From a candidate division WOR-3 bacterium UBA5631 (GTDB lineage Bacteria > Hydrothermota > Hydrothermia > UBA1063), in NCBI GenBank assembly GCA_002421425.1, contig DIJZ01000004.1, forward strand, positions 4,563 through 68,562: a stretch of DNA of 64,000 bases, written 5' to 3'. The notes beneath the pieces are model-generated. The model was not told where the DNA came from. It saw only the letters and a program-made list of their open reading frames with translations, and did not search any database. Below, in pieces: positions 11,793-20,833 of the stretch; within the stretch, counting starts at the first letter, position 1, and each line of letters opens with the position of its first letter. Both the position numbers and the translations under genes were made by a program.

Positions 11793-12362
11793 TCACTTGT
11801 ACAGACCTTTCTCAAAGATGTAGTTTTCTACTGCAGGTGGCACAAGGTATTTTATACTTTTTCCTTTCCTCACCTTATCTCTAACTTCTGTAGAGGAAAT
11901 ATCAACAAGCCTCTCATCAACAAAAATTGCTTCGGCAGTCAACTTGCTTGCAACCTGCCATCCTGGTCTCTTCAACACGATTAGTTTCACCATGCTCAGC
12001 AACAAGTCTGGTCTGTACCAGCTACTTAGAGAGCTATACTGATCCCATCCAATAATCAAATAAAAATCCCAGTCAGGGTTTACTTTACTGAGCTCTGATA
12101 GCACATTAACGGTATAGGAGGGCTCTATTTCTATTCTTCTCTCAAAGTCACTCGCCTCAAAATTCCCATTACCCTCAAGAGCCCTTTTTACCATATTATA
12201 GCGGTCTTCAAAAGGAGCAAAGACTTCCTTGTGGGGTGGCTTGAAATTTACAAGAAAGATAATTTTATCGAGTTCTACATTGTCCCAGACATCCTGAGCA
12301 AGAATCAAGTGACCAACATGTATCGGATCAAAGGCTCCACCAAAGATACCTATTCTTTGCAT
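11793..12362 (-). CDS. nadD: nicotinate-nucleotide adenylyltransferase
   Basis: 189 aa; GIFGGAFDPIHVGHL (HxGH nucleotidyltransferase motif), SSTEVR. Confidence 0.9.
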   Translation of the reverse strand: MQRIGIFGGAFDPIHVGHLILAQDVWDNVELDKIIFLVNFKPPHKEVFAPFEDRYNMVKRALEGNGNFEASDFERRIEIEPSYTVNVLSELSKVNPDWDFYLIIGWDQYSSLSSWYRPDLLLSMVKLIVLKRPGWQVASKLTAEAIFVDERLVDISSTEVRDKVRKGKSIKYLVPPAVENYIFEKGLYK

Positions 12363-13114
12363 TTCTTACTGAGTTCTTTTTTCGCAATATTGAACTGCTT
12401 TTTCAAACCGAGGTCATTATAGGATTTGCTCTGTTCAAGTTCCTCGATTATTGCCTTTGCTGCGTGGCAATCTCCCTTCATTACAAGGCTCCTTGCTGAA
12501 AGAATTTTGGCAAAGACTGCAATGCTGTCATCATTGCCGAATTCTTGCATCGCAATATTCAGATAGACATCCGCCGACTTTGGCTCACCAATTCTAAGAT
12601 AGGTATCTGCTATGTATATGTACTTAAAACCACTCAACCTTAGAATCCTCAGCTCAATTTCTCTTGCTTTGTCCATCAAAGAGGAATTGGGAAAGCGAAC
12701 TTTGAACTCTCCAAGATATCGCTTTGCTTCACTCAGGCTTTCTGTGTCCCTCGCTACATTCTTACTTTTGTTCAGATAGCACTCTGCAAGTTCCAGATAA
12801 GCATCGCCGGCATAACCACTCGCTGGAAAAGTGGTGATGAGAAATGTGTATTCAACAATTGCATCATCATATTGCTTCGCCTCTTTATAGCTCTTTGCAA
12901 GGTAGTACTGTGCATCATCGACGCTGTCACTGAGAGGATATTTAAAGACAAAACTTCTGAAAAGCTCCGCAGACTTTGTGAACTTCCGGTTCTGAAAGAG
13001 TTCCATTGCTTGCCCGAAAAGGAAATCCGGGTTTTCTGGTGCTCGATATTTTCTTGATTGGCAAGCTGCTGAAACGAGAATTAACGATATTATTAAAAAT
13101 CTCTTCATATTCAT
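12350..13114 (-). CDS. bamD: outer membrane protein assembly factor BamD (TPR lipoprotein)
   Basis: 254 aa; lipoprotein signal with LVSAAC lipobox; TPR-like repeats; BamD/YfiO-like architecture. Confidence 0.8.
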   Translation of the reverse strand: MNMKRFLIISLILVSAACQSRKYRAPENPDFLFGQAMELFQNRKFTKSAELFRSFVFKYPLSDSVDDAQYYLAKSYKEAKQYDDAIVEYTFLITTFPASGYAGDAYLELAECYLNKSKNVARDTESLSEAKRYLGEFKVRFPNSSLMDKAREIELRILRLSGFKYIYIADTYLRIGEPKSADVYLNIAMQEFGNDDSIAVFAKILSARSLVMKGDCHAAKAIIEELEQSKSYNDLGLKKQFNIAKKELSKKCKE

Positions 13115-13150
13115 TCCTTCCTTTGAGAAATTATAAAGGAAAAGAAGTGG

Positions 13151-14320
13151 TTATTTAAATTTCACCTTCGCAAAAATTAGTACGGACACGATGCCAAAAC
13201 TCGATACCGTACCCCAGATAAATACGGGGGTCTTAAGGAATGCGTCAATCAGTGCACCACCAATCATCGGGGCAACTGCCCAAGCGAGTCCCTCAGTGAA
13301 ACCGAGAAACCCTATGTATAGACCCCTTCTATCCTGCGGAGCCATTAGAGAAGAGACCGTTGTAAGAAGGGGCATCGCCAGCATTTCCCCAAGAGTGAGA
13401 ATGACTACTCCGATGCTAAAATGCCAGAAATTAAAGGCAAAAGTGAAGAGAAAATAGCCTATGGAGTATAGCACTGATCCTAAAATTAAACCCCGTTTGT
13501 AACCAACGAGGTCCACGATGCGTATTAGCGCAATCTGGAAAAAGACAACCATCAAACCGTTTATACTGTAAAGATATCCAATCTGCGTATTGCTAAGGCC
13601 CCGTGACTTTGAGAATACGGATAGGGTGGAAATTAACTGTCCCATAAGTAGTGAGAGAATAAATGTCCCTGCAATGAACACCATAAAGTTCTTGTCTTCA
13701 GCAAGTTTTGCAAGAGAGAGTTTGCTGTTCTGATTTGAATACCTGTCTTCGCTGTGACTTCCCACGAGGTACATTACCAAAAACACACATATTACCTGCA
13801 GCAAAAAGGACATAAAGAAGGTCAACCCGTAAGAATATCTGGAAATAAAACCGCCGATGGCAGGACCTATCGCAAAGCCGAGGTTCCCACCCACTCTGAT
13901 CACGCTATAGCCAAAGGGTCTATCAGTTTCACTAAAATTCTTGGCTACAAATAAATCAGAGGCGGAAGTGAAAAAGCTATTCCCCGCCGAATTCAGAAGA
14001 AAGAACAGTGAAAAAAGTACAGGATAGCCATTTAACCATATCAGAATTGAAAATCCCAGAAATCCGCCTGCGCGGAGGTATAGACCAAACTTCATTACCC
14101 TGTCCGATGGATAAAGATCCGATAAACGGCCGCCAAGAATTCTCATCATTGCACCAACAATGGTAGCAACACCCACAATTAACCCGACAAAAGTCATCGG
14201 GACACCTCGAACGTTGTAAAGATAAATGCTCAAAAATGGAATACTAATGGCATAGCTTGCAGATTGAAGTCCTCTGATTACCGAAAGAGTATATAGCCTG
14301 AACTTTACGCTCTTTTCCAT
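13151..14320 (-). CDS. MFS transporter
   Basis: 389 aa; 12 predicted TM-like hydrophobic segments; MFS motif GRLSDLYPSDRV between TM2-3. Confidence 0.85.
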   Translation of the reverse strand: MEKSVKFRLYTLSVIRGLQSASYAISIPFLSIYLYNVRGVPMTFVGLIVGVATIVGAMMRILGGRLSDLYPSDRVMKFGLYLRAGGFLGFSILIWLNGYPVLFSLFFLLNSAGNSFFTSASDLFVAKNFSETDRPFGYSVIRVGGNLGFAIGPAIGGFISRYSYGLTFFMSFLLQVICVFLVMYLVGSHSEDRYSNQNSKLSLAKLAEDKNFMVFIAGTFILSLLMGQLISTLSVFSKSRGLSNTQIGYLYSINGLMVVFFQIALIRIVDLVGYKRGLILGSVLYSIGYFLFTFAFNFWHFSIGVVILTLGEMLAMPLLTTVSSLMAPQDRRGLYIGFLGFTEGLAWAVAPMIGGALIDAFLKTPVFIWGTVSSFGIVSVLIFAKVKFK

Positions 14321-14387
14321 AAGGAAAATTTTAAAGGATTTAGTTCGTATTGTGAACTAATTTGCGTTGAAATATCATACGTTCCTC

Positions 14388-14416
14388 TTTACATTTCAGC
14401 TAAGAAGTACTATAAT
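14388..14416 (+). promoter_or_regulatory. candidate promoter of ssrA (-35 TTTACA, 17 nt, -10 TATAAT)
   Basis: read directly; -10 lies 20 nt upstream of the mature tmRNA 5' end. Confidence 0.45.
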
Positions 14417-14435
14417 ATTTATGCTCTTTGTAAAA

Positions 14436-14785
14436 GGGGGTGAACTGGATTCGACAGAGCTATGTTGAATCATAGAGCGCATGCCGGGGCGCGGTAGCCT
14501 CGTTAAAAATGCCGCAACATATAACTGCCAACTACAGTTACGCATACGCTGCTTAATTAAAGCAGCCGTTCCTCCTCATGGTGCTCCTGCTTGGGGAGAG
14601 GGCGTGATACACAGGAGCTGGACTTTAGAATCGGTCCTGGGTTCTGAAGTCGAGACATACCAGGGCTACCTGTCAAAACACCTGCCTGCCGGTGTGCGAC
14701 CGGGAAATTTGAAGACAGGCTAAGCATGTAGGGCTCTGTGGTTCAAGGCCCCTGGACGCGGGTTCGATTCCCGCCACCTCCACCA
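14436..14785 (+). ncRNA. ssrA: transfer-messenger RNA (tmRNA, SsrA), 350 nt, CCA encoded
   Basis: 5' GGGGGUGAACUGGAUUCGAC pairs with 3' CACCUCC-A-CCA to form the acceptor stem. Conserved blocks GCAUGCCGGGGCGCGG...GCCUCGUUAAAAAUGCCGCAA, CUAAGCAUGUAG and T-arm GGACGCGGGUUCGAUUCCCGCC match E. coli tmRNA block for block. Predicted tag ORF 14527-14556 is GCC AAC UAC AGU UAC GCA UAC GCU GCU UAA, giving ANYSYAYAA. Confidence 0.92.
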
Positions 14786-14793
14786 GTCATATT

Positions 14794-14831
14794 AAAAAAA
14801 GGGCCCCTCTGCAGGGGCCCTTTTATTTTTT
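14794..14831. terminator. bidirectional rho-independent terminator (A7-GGGCCCC TCTGCA GGGGCCC-T4AT6)
   Basis: perfect 7-bp GC stem flanked by A-run upstream and T-run downstream; sits between convergent ssrA (+) and RND permease gene (-). Confidence 0.75.
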
Positions 14832-14846
14832 GTAATCAATACGATC

Positions 14847-17800
14847 TCATTTCACCTTGATTTTCTCAAAGTAACTGTAAATTGCAGGAATAATCAGAAG
14901 GGACAGTAGTGTCGAAGCCACAAGTCCACCTATCATACTCGTGGCAAGGGGTGCCCTGAGGGCTCCGCCCTCCGTTCCACCAGAAAGGGCAAGGGGTATC
15001 AGTCCAAGAATTGTCGTTAAATTTGTAATGAATATCGGCCTGAGTCTTATTACCGAGCCCTCGATGACTGCCTCATAGGGATCCATACCTCTCTCGCGAA
15101 GTTCTTTGTAGAAGGTGATCATCACAATAGCCTGGTTCACCACCACACCGCTTAGTATAAGAACACCCACAAGGGACGGTACAGAAAGGGAAGTTCCAGT
15201 TATCAAAAGTGCCAGGATGACTCCAATAAAAGTTACAGGGATTGTGAACATAACAATAAATGGGTCTCTAAAAGATTCGAACTGGGCTGCTAAAATCATA
15301 TAAACAAGAACAAGTGCAGCTAAAATGGAGATCCCGAGGTTCTTTATCATATCCTGTATTTGTTCAAACTCTCCTTTGAGTTCAAGGGAATAACCTTCTG
15401 GCAGCGAAATTCTCATCAGGTGCGACCTGACGTCGGCAAAAACTTCACTTTTCTTCCTTCCTTCAATATCTGCAAGGACCTTCACAACCCTGGACTGGTT
15501 CTCTCTGTCTATTTGAATCGGTCCGAGTTCCTGCACGAAGCTGGCTACCTCCTTGATAGGAACTATCGTCCCAATTGGGGTAATCAATGGGTAGAATTTA
15601 ATTTTCTCAACATTTTCCTTAAGGTAAGACGTGTCAGCCTTTAAAACAAGATTATATTCTTTTCCTTTAAGTCTCAGCGTGGTGCTTGTTAAACCCTGAA
15701 AAGCAATCTGTAATTCCCTTTGGATTTGAACGGGTGTCAGTCCGTAATAGGCGGCCTTTTCGCGGTTGATTTGAACACGAAGTTCAGGTTTTGCCTTCTT
15801 TAACGAGATTTCTACCCTGGTAACTCCTTTGATCTTTGAAATCTCCTGGCTTACCATATCAGCAACGGTGGTGAGCTCTTCAAGATCTTTCCCGTAGATT
15901 GAGATCTCCACCGGTTTGCCTGCACCCCCAAAAAACATCGTATTAACAAGATCCATTGACTTAACAGTAGCACCTTCATATGTGGGAACGCTGTTCAAAA
16001 TCTCACTAGCAATTTCTCCTGCACTTTTTTTCCTCTTCTTAGCATCTACAAGCCTGATCATAACAGTAGCGCTATTACTGCCCTGGGATATTCCCATCAT
16101 CCCTGCCCCGCCAAATTCGCCTCCGATGGTCATTACTCTTTCGACTTCCGGAAACTTCCTTGCAACTTCAACAATTTGATCAACATAGTGCTCAGTTTCC
16201 GCCACTCTCGTAGCGGGGGGAAGTTCTACCGTTATCATCGCATTGCCCATATCCATAGGAGGGATAAATTCTGTATTCAGAAATCTGACAATTGGAAGAG
16301 AGAACAAGAAGAGAAGTCCAATAAACGTGAGCACAAGGCCTCGTTTTGGCAAAATCAATTTGCGCAACAATTTTTCGTAGAAAGTCCGAAGTCCCGAAAA
16401 CCAGTATTTCCTTCTCATTTCTTTAATTGCCACTGACTGAGTAATGTAACTTGATGTAAGTACAGGAATGATTGTAACAGCTACAAAGAGGGATGCAAGA
16501 AGGGTAATTGTCACAGTTACGGCGAGAGGTTTCGTGAATTGTCCTATCATCCCTCCAATGTACACAAGTGGGAGGAAAACCACTACGTTGGTGAACGTAG
16601 ATGCAGAGATGGCTATCCAGACTTCTTCAGTCCCACCTATGGCTGCATTATAACGGTCCTCCCCGGCTTCCTCATGTCGAAAGATGTTTTCCACCACAAC
16701 CACCGAGGCGTCCACCAGCATTCCCACTCCAAGGGCTATGCCTGCAAGGGTCATCATGTTCAGTGAATATCCAAGGAAGTAAAGGATCGTGAAGGACATA
16801 ATTACGGAAATGGGAATTGCCACTGCAATGACCAGAGTTGGTCTTATATCAAGAAGAAAGAGGAAGATCATAAGAGCTGCAAGCAAAGCTCCTATAATAG
16901 CACTATTAATTGTTTCAGATGAGGATTTCAGGATGAAATTGGCCTGATCAAATCCCTTGATAAGATTAATATCTTTGTATTTCATCAGGAGTCTCTGAAC
17001 TGCTTTTCCCACTCTGGAGGAAACCTGGACTGTATTGGCGCCAGATTTCTTGTAGATCGAGAGCATTATAGCCTCTTCGCCAAAATGCTTTGCAAAACCC
17101 TTCCTCTCAGACTCCGTGAAGTAGACCTTCCCAACCTCCCTCAAAAAGACCGGCGTACCGTTTTTCCGGAAGCCAACAACCTGGTTCTCGACATCACTAA
17201 TACTCTGAAACTCAGCAACGGTTCTAATAAGAAGACTCTTTTGCCTGAGATCTACCTTTCCCGATGGCAGATTATAGTTGTTCAGTTGAAGCATCTGTGA
17301 AATCTGAGAAAAGGAGATTCCAGCTTCAAGCATCCTGGATAGATCAATTTCAACCCAGTATTCATTTTCCCTACCGCCAACGACATCAACGGTTGCAACA
17401 CCTTCCACCCTTTCAAGATAGGGCTTGATTTCATCTTCCATTAACTTTTTCAGCTGGGTGAGGTTGTACTTCTCGGAAGTAGCAATATATCTTCCCACAG
17501 GCAACATAGAAATGTCAAATTTGAACACAATAGGTTTTTGAACATCAGAGGGAAAGTATCTTTCAATCAGCGCAATTTTATCCCTGATATCCTGTGCCGC
17601 AAAATCAAGATTCGTACCCCATTCAAACTCAGCAATTATGATAGATGCACCCTCAACGGATTGAGAGGTGACTTTTCTTATTCCAGAGACCGTTGAAACA
17701 ACGCTCTCCACAGGCTTAGTAAGGAGCGCTTCCACATCCTCAGGCGCTACATTTGCATACTGAGTAACTACAGTAACGGCCGGGTAAGTCATCTGAGGTA

Positions 17801-17903
17801 AAAGGTCCAGACCCATTCTGGAAAGGGATACTGCCCCGAGAACGATTAGAATTCCTATAAACATCAAAATAGTAACAGGATGTCTCACTGAAAATTTTAT
17901 CAT
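14847..17903 (-). CDS. efflux RND transporter permease subunit (AcrB/HAE1 family)
   Basis: 1018 aa; typical AcrB N-terminus MIKFSVRHPVTILMF...GLDLLPQMTYPAVTVVTQY and 12-TM/2-large-loop architecture. Confidence 0.93.
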   Translation of the reverse strand: MIKFSVRHPVTILMFIGILIVLGAVSLSRMGLDLLPQMTYPAVTVVTQYANVAPEDVEALLTKPVESVVSTVSGIRKVTSQSVEGASIIIAEFEWGTNLDFAAQDIRDKIALIERYFPSDVQKPIVFKFDISMLPVGRYIATSEKYNLTQLKKLMEDEIKPYLERVEGVATVDVVGGRENEYWVEIDLSRMLEAGISFSQISQMLQLNNYNLPSGKVDLRQKSLLIRTVAEFQSISDVENQVVGFRKNGTPVFLREVGKVYFTESERKGFAKHFGEEAIMLSIYKKSGANTVQVSSRVGKAVQRLLMKYKDINLIKGFDQANFILKSSSETINSAIIGALLAALMIFLFLLDIRPTLVIAVAIPISVIMSFTILYFLGYSLNMMTLAGIALGVGMLVDASVVVVENIFRHEEAGEDRYNAAIGGTEEVWIAISASTFTNVVVFLPLVYIGGMIGQFTKPLAVTVTITLLASLFVAVTIIPVLTSSYITQSVAIKEMRRKYWFSGLRTFYEKLLRKLILPKRGLVLTFIGLLFLFSLPIVRFLNTEFIPPMDMGNAMITVELPPATRVAETEHYVDQIVEVARKFPEVERVMTIGGEFGGAGMMGISQGSNSATVMIRLVDAKKRKKSAGEIASEILNSVPTYEGATVKSMDLVNTMFFGGAGKPVEISIYGKDLEELTTVADMVSQEISKIKGVTRVEISLKKAKPELRVQINREKAAYYGLTPVQIQRELQIAFQGLTSTTLRLKGKEYNLVLKADTSYLKENVEKIKFYPLITPIGTIVPIKEVASFVQELGPIQIDRENQSRVVKVLADIEGRKKSEVFADVRSHLMRISLPEGYSLELKGEFEQIQDMIKNLGISILAALVLVYMILAAQFESFRDPFIVMFTIPVTFIGVILALLITGTSLSVPSLVGVLILSGVVVNQAIVMITFYKELRERGMDPYEAVIEGSVIRLRPIFITNLTTILGLIPLALSGGTEGGALRAPLATSMIGGLVASTLLSLLIIPAIYSYFEKIKVK

Positions 17904-17907
17904 AGCA

Positions 17908-18741
17908 TTATTTCCCCCCTAACTCTACAGGCGCACCCTGATAAAGGCCTTCTGCTCCGAGAGTTACTACAAGATCGCCAGGTTTAAGGTCTCCTTTGAC
18001 CTCTGCAAGTCCTTCACTCACTATTCCAACTTCCACTGGAACCTCACTAGCAACCCTGTCCTTAACGACAAAAACTACTCTCCGTTCGCCCTTTTCAACT
18101 ATTGCAACCTCAGGAACAATTAACACGCCTGCTTTTTCTCTTACAACTATTTTAGTTCTAACAACAGAACCGATCTGCAGTACATTTCTGCTCAGCGAAA
18201 CTCTAACCTTACCGGTGAGACTCATAGGATCAAGACCGAAGGATCTGCTAATGACTCTTCCTTCTACCACGTTGTCTGCGTCAATGGCATAAGCCCTCGC
18301 CCCAATGCGTACCTTCTTCAAATCTTCGGAGGATAAACTCAACTCAACCGCCTGTTGCTCGGAAACAATGTAGGCAAAAGGCTGAGTTTGAAGTGCTATT
18401 TGACCCACCTTGCCACCAATATATGTAAGCACGCCGTCAATTGGAGAAACAATTTGAAGATACTCTGTTTTTACTCCGGGAATTTCTCTATCAAGTAAGG
18501 CAATAACTTCATCCTTTTTTACTTTATCACCTTCACTTTTTAGAATTTCAACAACCCGTCCTGGCATCGCTGGAACCACAGCAGCTTCTTCAAGACCGGT
18601 GACCCTTCCGTAAGCATAAATATACTCCTGTATATTGCCACTTTTTACTGGTACAGCCTTTACCAGGAAACTTCTCGAAGTCTTAACTTCCTGAGCAAAA
18701 AGCGTGCTCGCTATAATAGTTGCAAAAAGAATTCTAAACAT
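17908..18741 (-). CDS. efflux RND transporter periplasmic adaptor subunit (short form, 277 aa)
   Basis: signal peptide; lipoyl/beta-barrel MFP motifs (VKAVPVKSGNIQEY...GRV...IVSPIDGVL); no long alpha-helical hairpin segment evident. Confidence 0.78.
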   Translation of the reverse strand: MFRILFATIIASTLFAQEVKTSRSFLVKAVPVKSGNIQEYIYAYGRVTGLEEAAVVPAMPGRVVEILKSEGDKVKKDEVIALLDREIPGVKTEYLQIVSPIDGVLTYIGGKVGQIALQTQPFAYIVSEQQAVELSLSSEDLKKVRIGARAYAIDADNVVEGRVISRSFGLDPMSLTGKVRVSLSRNVLQIGSVVRTKIVVREKAGVLIVPEVAIVEKGERRVVFVVKDRVASEVPVEVGIVSEGLAEVKGDLKPGDLVVTLGAEGLYQGAPVELGGK

Positions 18742-18753
18742 ACCATAGCCTCC

Positions 18754-20073
18754 TTATTTTATTCCTTTTGCTGCTTTTTCAACTTCAATACCTTTGATGA
18801 TACAATCTCCAAGGGCCTGCAAAGTGTAAGCCCTCTGTGCAAAATAATTCGTTTCTGCATCAATAAAATCCAGTTGCGTAGCCAGTCCACGTTCATACTG
18901 AGACTTCACTGTGTTAAAAAGAGTTTCTGCAACTTTTAAATTCTCTTTTTGGGTTTCATATTTAGAAAGGGAAATTTTTAAATTTCTTACTGCTCTTTCA
19001 AATTCAACGCGGGAGGCACTCTTCTGGAAGTTGATAGTATACTCTAAGGATTTCTTCTGATAAGTCATTTCCCGTACCTGATAGTTCGCTTTTAGGCCAT
19101 CAAAGAAAGGAAATGAAATGCCAAGGGTAAAAGCCCAGTAGTCTTTCCAGATGTTCTCAAAGCCAAAGGGTTTTTGCATCATGTAATTGAAAGAATAGTA
19201 AACTGAAGGCAGGTTGGCTGCTGAGTAGTTTTTCATGCTCATATCAATCACCTTTTCTTTATTCTGCAAACTTCTTATGTCATAGCGAGCTTCGACATCA
19301 AAAGTAGATTCTAAAAGTGTTTTAGCATACAGACTGTCAAGATACAGGGAATCTGAGAGGACAATCTCAACCTCCCCTGGAATATCAAGAACAAGTTTCA
19401 GCATATCTAAAGTCTCTCTGTATGTGCGATCAGCATCCATCACCTGGACCCTGTTATTTTTATATCTTGATTCTGCCTGAAGCAACTCAACCTCCGTTGC
19501 TGTTCCCAAGCTGTACTTTCGCTTCGTCGTTTCATAGTGCTCCAGAAGTTCTTCATCTACTCTTGAAGCAAGGTCCTTAAATTCTCTTAATACGAGGGCA
19601 TAGGTATAAAGCTGTCTAACCTGGATGATGAAGTTTTCCCTGTTCAAAGAATCGCTTAGAATCTTATCCTGAAGATTAATTAAAGCTATTTTGTAAGCCC
19701 TGATAAGACTACCCCAACTGAAGAGGACCTGGCTTACGCCAAGGTTCAAACTGTAGTTATCCTTCTGTCCAAACGGTATTGTAGTAGTGTGACCAATCGG
19801 AATAAAAACCCCCGGATTTATCATTATAAGGCTATCAAGCTGAAAACTCTTCATCTCCTGGACCAGTGACACCCTGCGGTAGTATGCGTCAATTTTTGCC
19901 TGGGGCAAAAACAGAGACCTGGCCTGATATTTCTGTGATTCTGCAGCCTGAACCTGAGCCCAGGATGCTTGAAGCGTAAGATTATTCTGAAGCCCGATTT
20001 CGATGGCCTTCTGCTGACTCAAGTACAGAGTATCTGAAGAGGCAACAAAAATCAAAATCAGAAACAAACCCAT
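18754..20073 (-). CDS. TolC family outer membrane efflux protein
   Basis: 439 aa; signal peptide, two repeated coiled-coil/beta halves typical of OEP family; in operon with MFP and RND. Confidence 0.85.
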   Translation of the reverse strand: MGLFLILIFVASSDTLYLSQQKAIEIGLQNNLTLQASWAQVQAAESQKYQARSLFLPQAKIDAYYRRVSLVQEMKSFQLDSLIMINPGVFIPIGHTTTIPFGQKDNYSLNLGVSQVLFSWGSLIRAYKIALINLQDKILSDSLNRENFIIQVRQLYTYALVLREFKDLASRVDEELLEHYETTKRKYSLGTATEVELLQAESRYKNNRVQVMDADRTYRETLDMLKLVLDIPGEVEIVLSDSLYLDSLYAKTLLESTFDVEARYDIRSLQNKEKVIDMSMKNYSAANLPSVYYSFNYMMQKPFGFENIWKDYWAFTLGISFPFFDGLKANYQVREMTYQKKSLEYTINFQKSASRVEFERAVRNLKISLSKYETQKENLKVAETLFNTVKSQYERGLATQLDFIDAETNYFAQRAYTLQALGDCIIKGIEVEKAAKGIK

Positions 20074-20138
20074 CCCAAAACCTCCTTTTGTACAAATAAA
20101 TTCTTATACATTTCCAAAACCAACTGTCCCTATTACTA

Positions 20139-20744
20139 TTAAGGATTTACGTAAAAAGCCCTCCTGGCGAGGGTAAAAAGCTCTTCTTCAAGACCATCAA
20201 AACTCTTCTTCTCAAGAAAGTTCGACATTATCGGTCTCATTATCAATCCAATTAAAGAGTTTGAGACAACATCCAGATTTCCTTTGTGAATTATCCCTTC
20301 TTTCATAGCATCTGCAAGGATTTCTTTCAGAATAGAATTTATCTCCTTCTGCTCTTCGGTAAATTTTTCCTTGATTTTTTCGTTCCAGATCTGCGCCAAG
20401 GGCAACTCATACATAATACGGAATATAAATTCCTTGTTTTCTTCAAGCACTTCAATCATAGATTTAATAATTCCCCTGATCTTGGAATCAAAATCCTGTG
20501 CAGACTTCACAACTTCAACGAGCTTCTGCACAAAATACCTGAATCCCTCTTTCAGAAGGCACTGATAAAGCACTTCTTTTGAGGGGAAATACAAATACAG
20601 TGTGCCTTTTGCAATACCCGCCTCCCTTGCGACATCCTCCATTTTTGTTTCGTAGAAGCCTTTTTTTCCGAAGACATCACGTGCTGCAAGAAGTATTTTC
20701 GTCCTGGTATCCATTGTGTCCTTTCTGACTGACTGGTCAGTCAT
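20139..20744 (-). CDS. TetR/AcrR family transcriptional regulator (likely real start at ATG 20714)
   Basis: HTH KILLAARDVFGKKGFYETKMEDVAREAGIAKGTLYLYFPSKE; second ATG (M11) has RBS AAAGGA at 5 nt, maximal ORF start 20744 has none and overlaps a palindrome. Confidence 0.88.
   Translation of the reverse strand: MTDQSVRKDTMDTRTKILLAARDVFGKKGFYETKMEDVAREAGIAKGTLYLYFPSKEVLYQCLLKEGFRYFVQKLVEVVKSAQDFDSKIRGIIKSMIEVLEENKEFIFRIMYELPLAQIWNEKIKEKFTEEQKEINSILKEILADAMKEGIIHKGNLDVVSNSLIGLIMRPIMSNFLEKKSFDGLEEELFTLARRAFYVNP
20726..20743. promoter_or_regulatory. candidate TetR operator: perfect inverted repeat TGACTGAC-TG-GTCAGTCA
   Basis: 8-nt arms exactly reverse-complementary; located between the -10 of the efflux operon promoter and the tetR ATG at 20714. 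Confidence 0.5.
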
Positions 20745-20750
20745 ATTATA

Positions 20751-20780
20751 ATTATGACCTTACACTCTTGAATTGTCAAA
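20751..20780 (-). promoter_or_regulatory. candidate promoter of tetR-tolC-MFP-RND operon (-35 TTGACA, 18 nt, -10 CATAAT)
   Basis: read on minus strand: ttgaca-N18-cataat immediately upstream of the operator palindrome. Confidence 0.4.
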
Positions 20781-20833
20781 ATATTCTCTCTAAGTTCACA
20801 CAGTATAAAGAACTAAAATCAGCTAACCAGAAA

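Noticed and set aside
14481-14723. 80-aa ORF in the six-frame track
   Set aside because: Lies entirely inside the tmRNA gene; tmRNA structural elements explain the sequence, and the ORF has no RBS.
14786-14846. Genomic island integrated at the tmRNA 3' end
   Set aside because: No integrase is present, no direct repeat of the tmRNA 3' end was found, and downstream genes are an ordinary convergent efflux operon.
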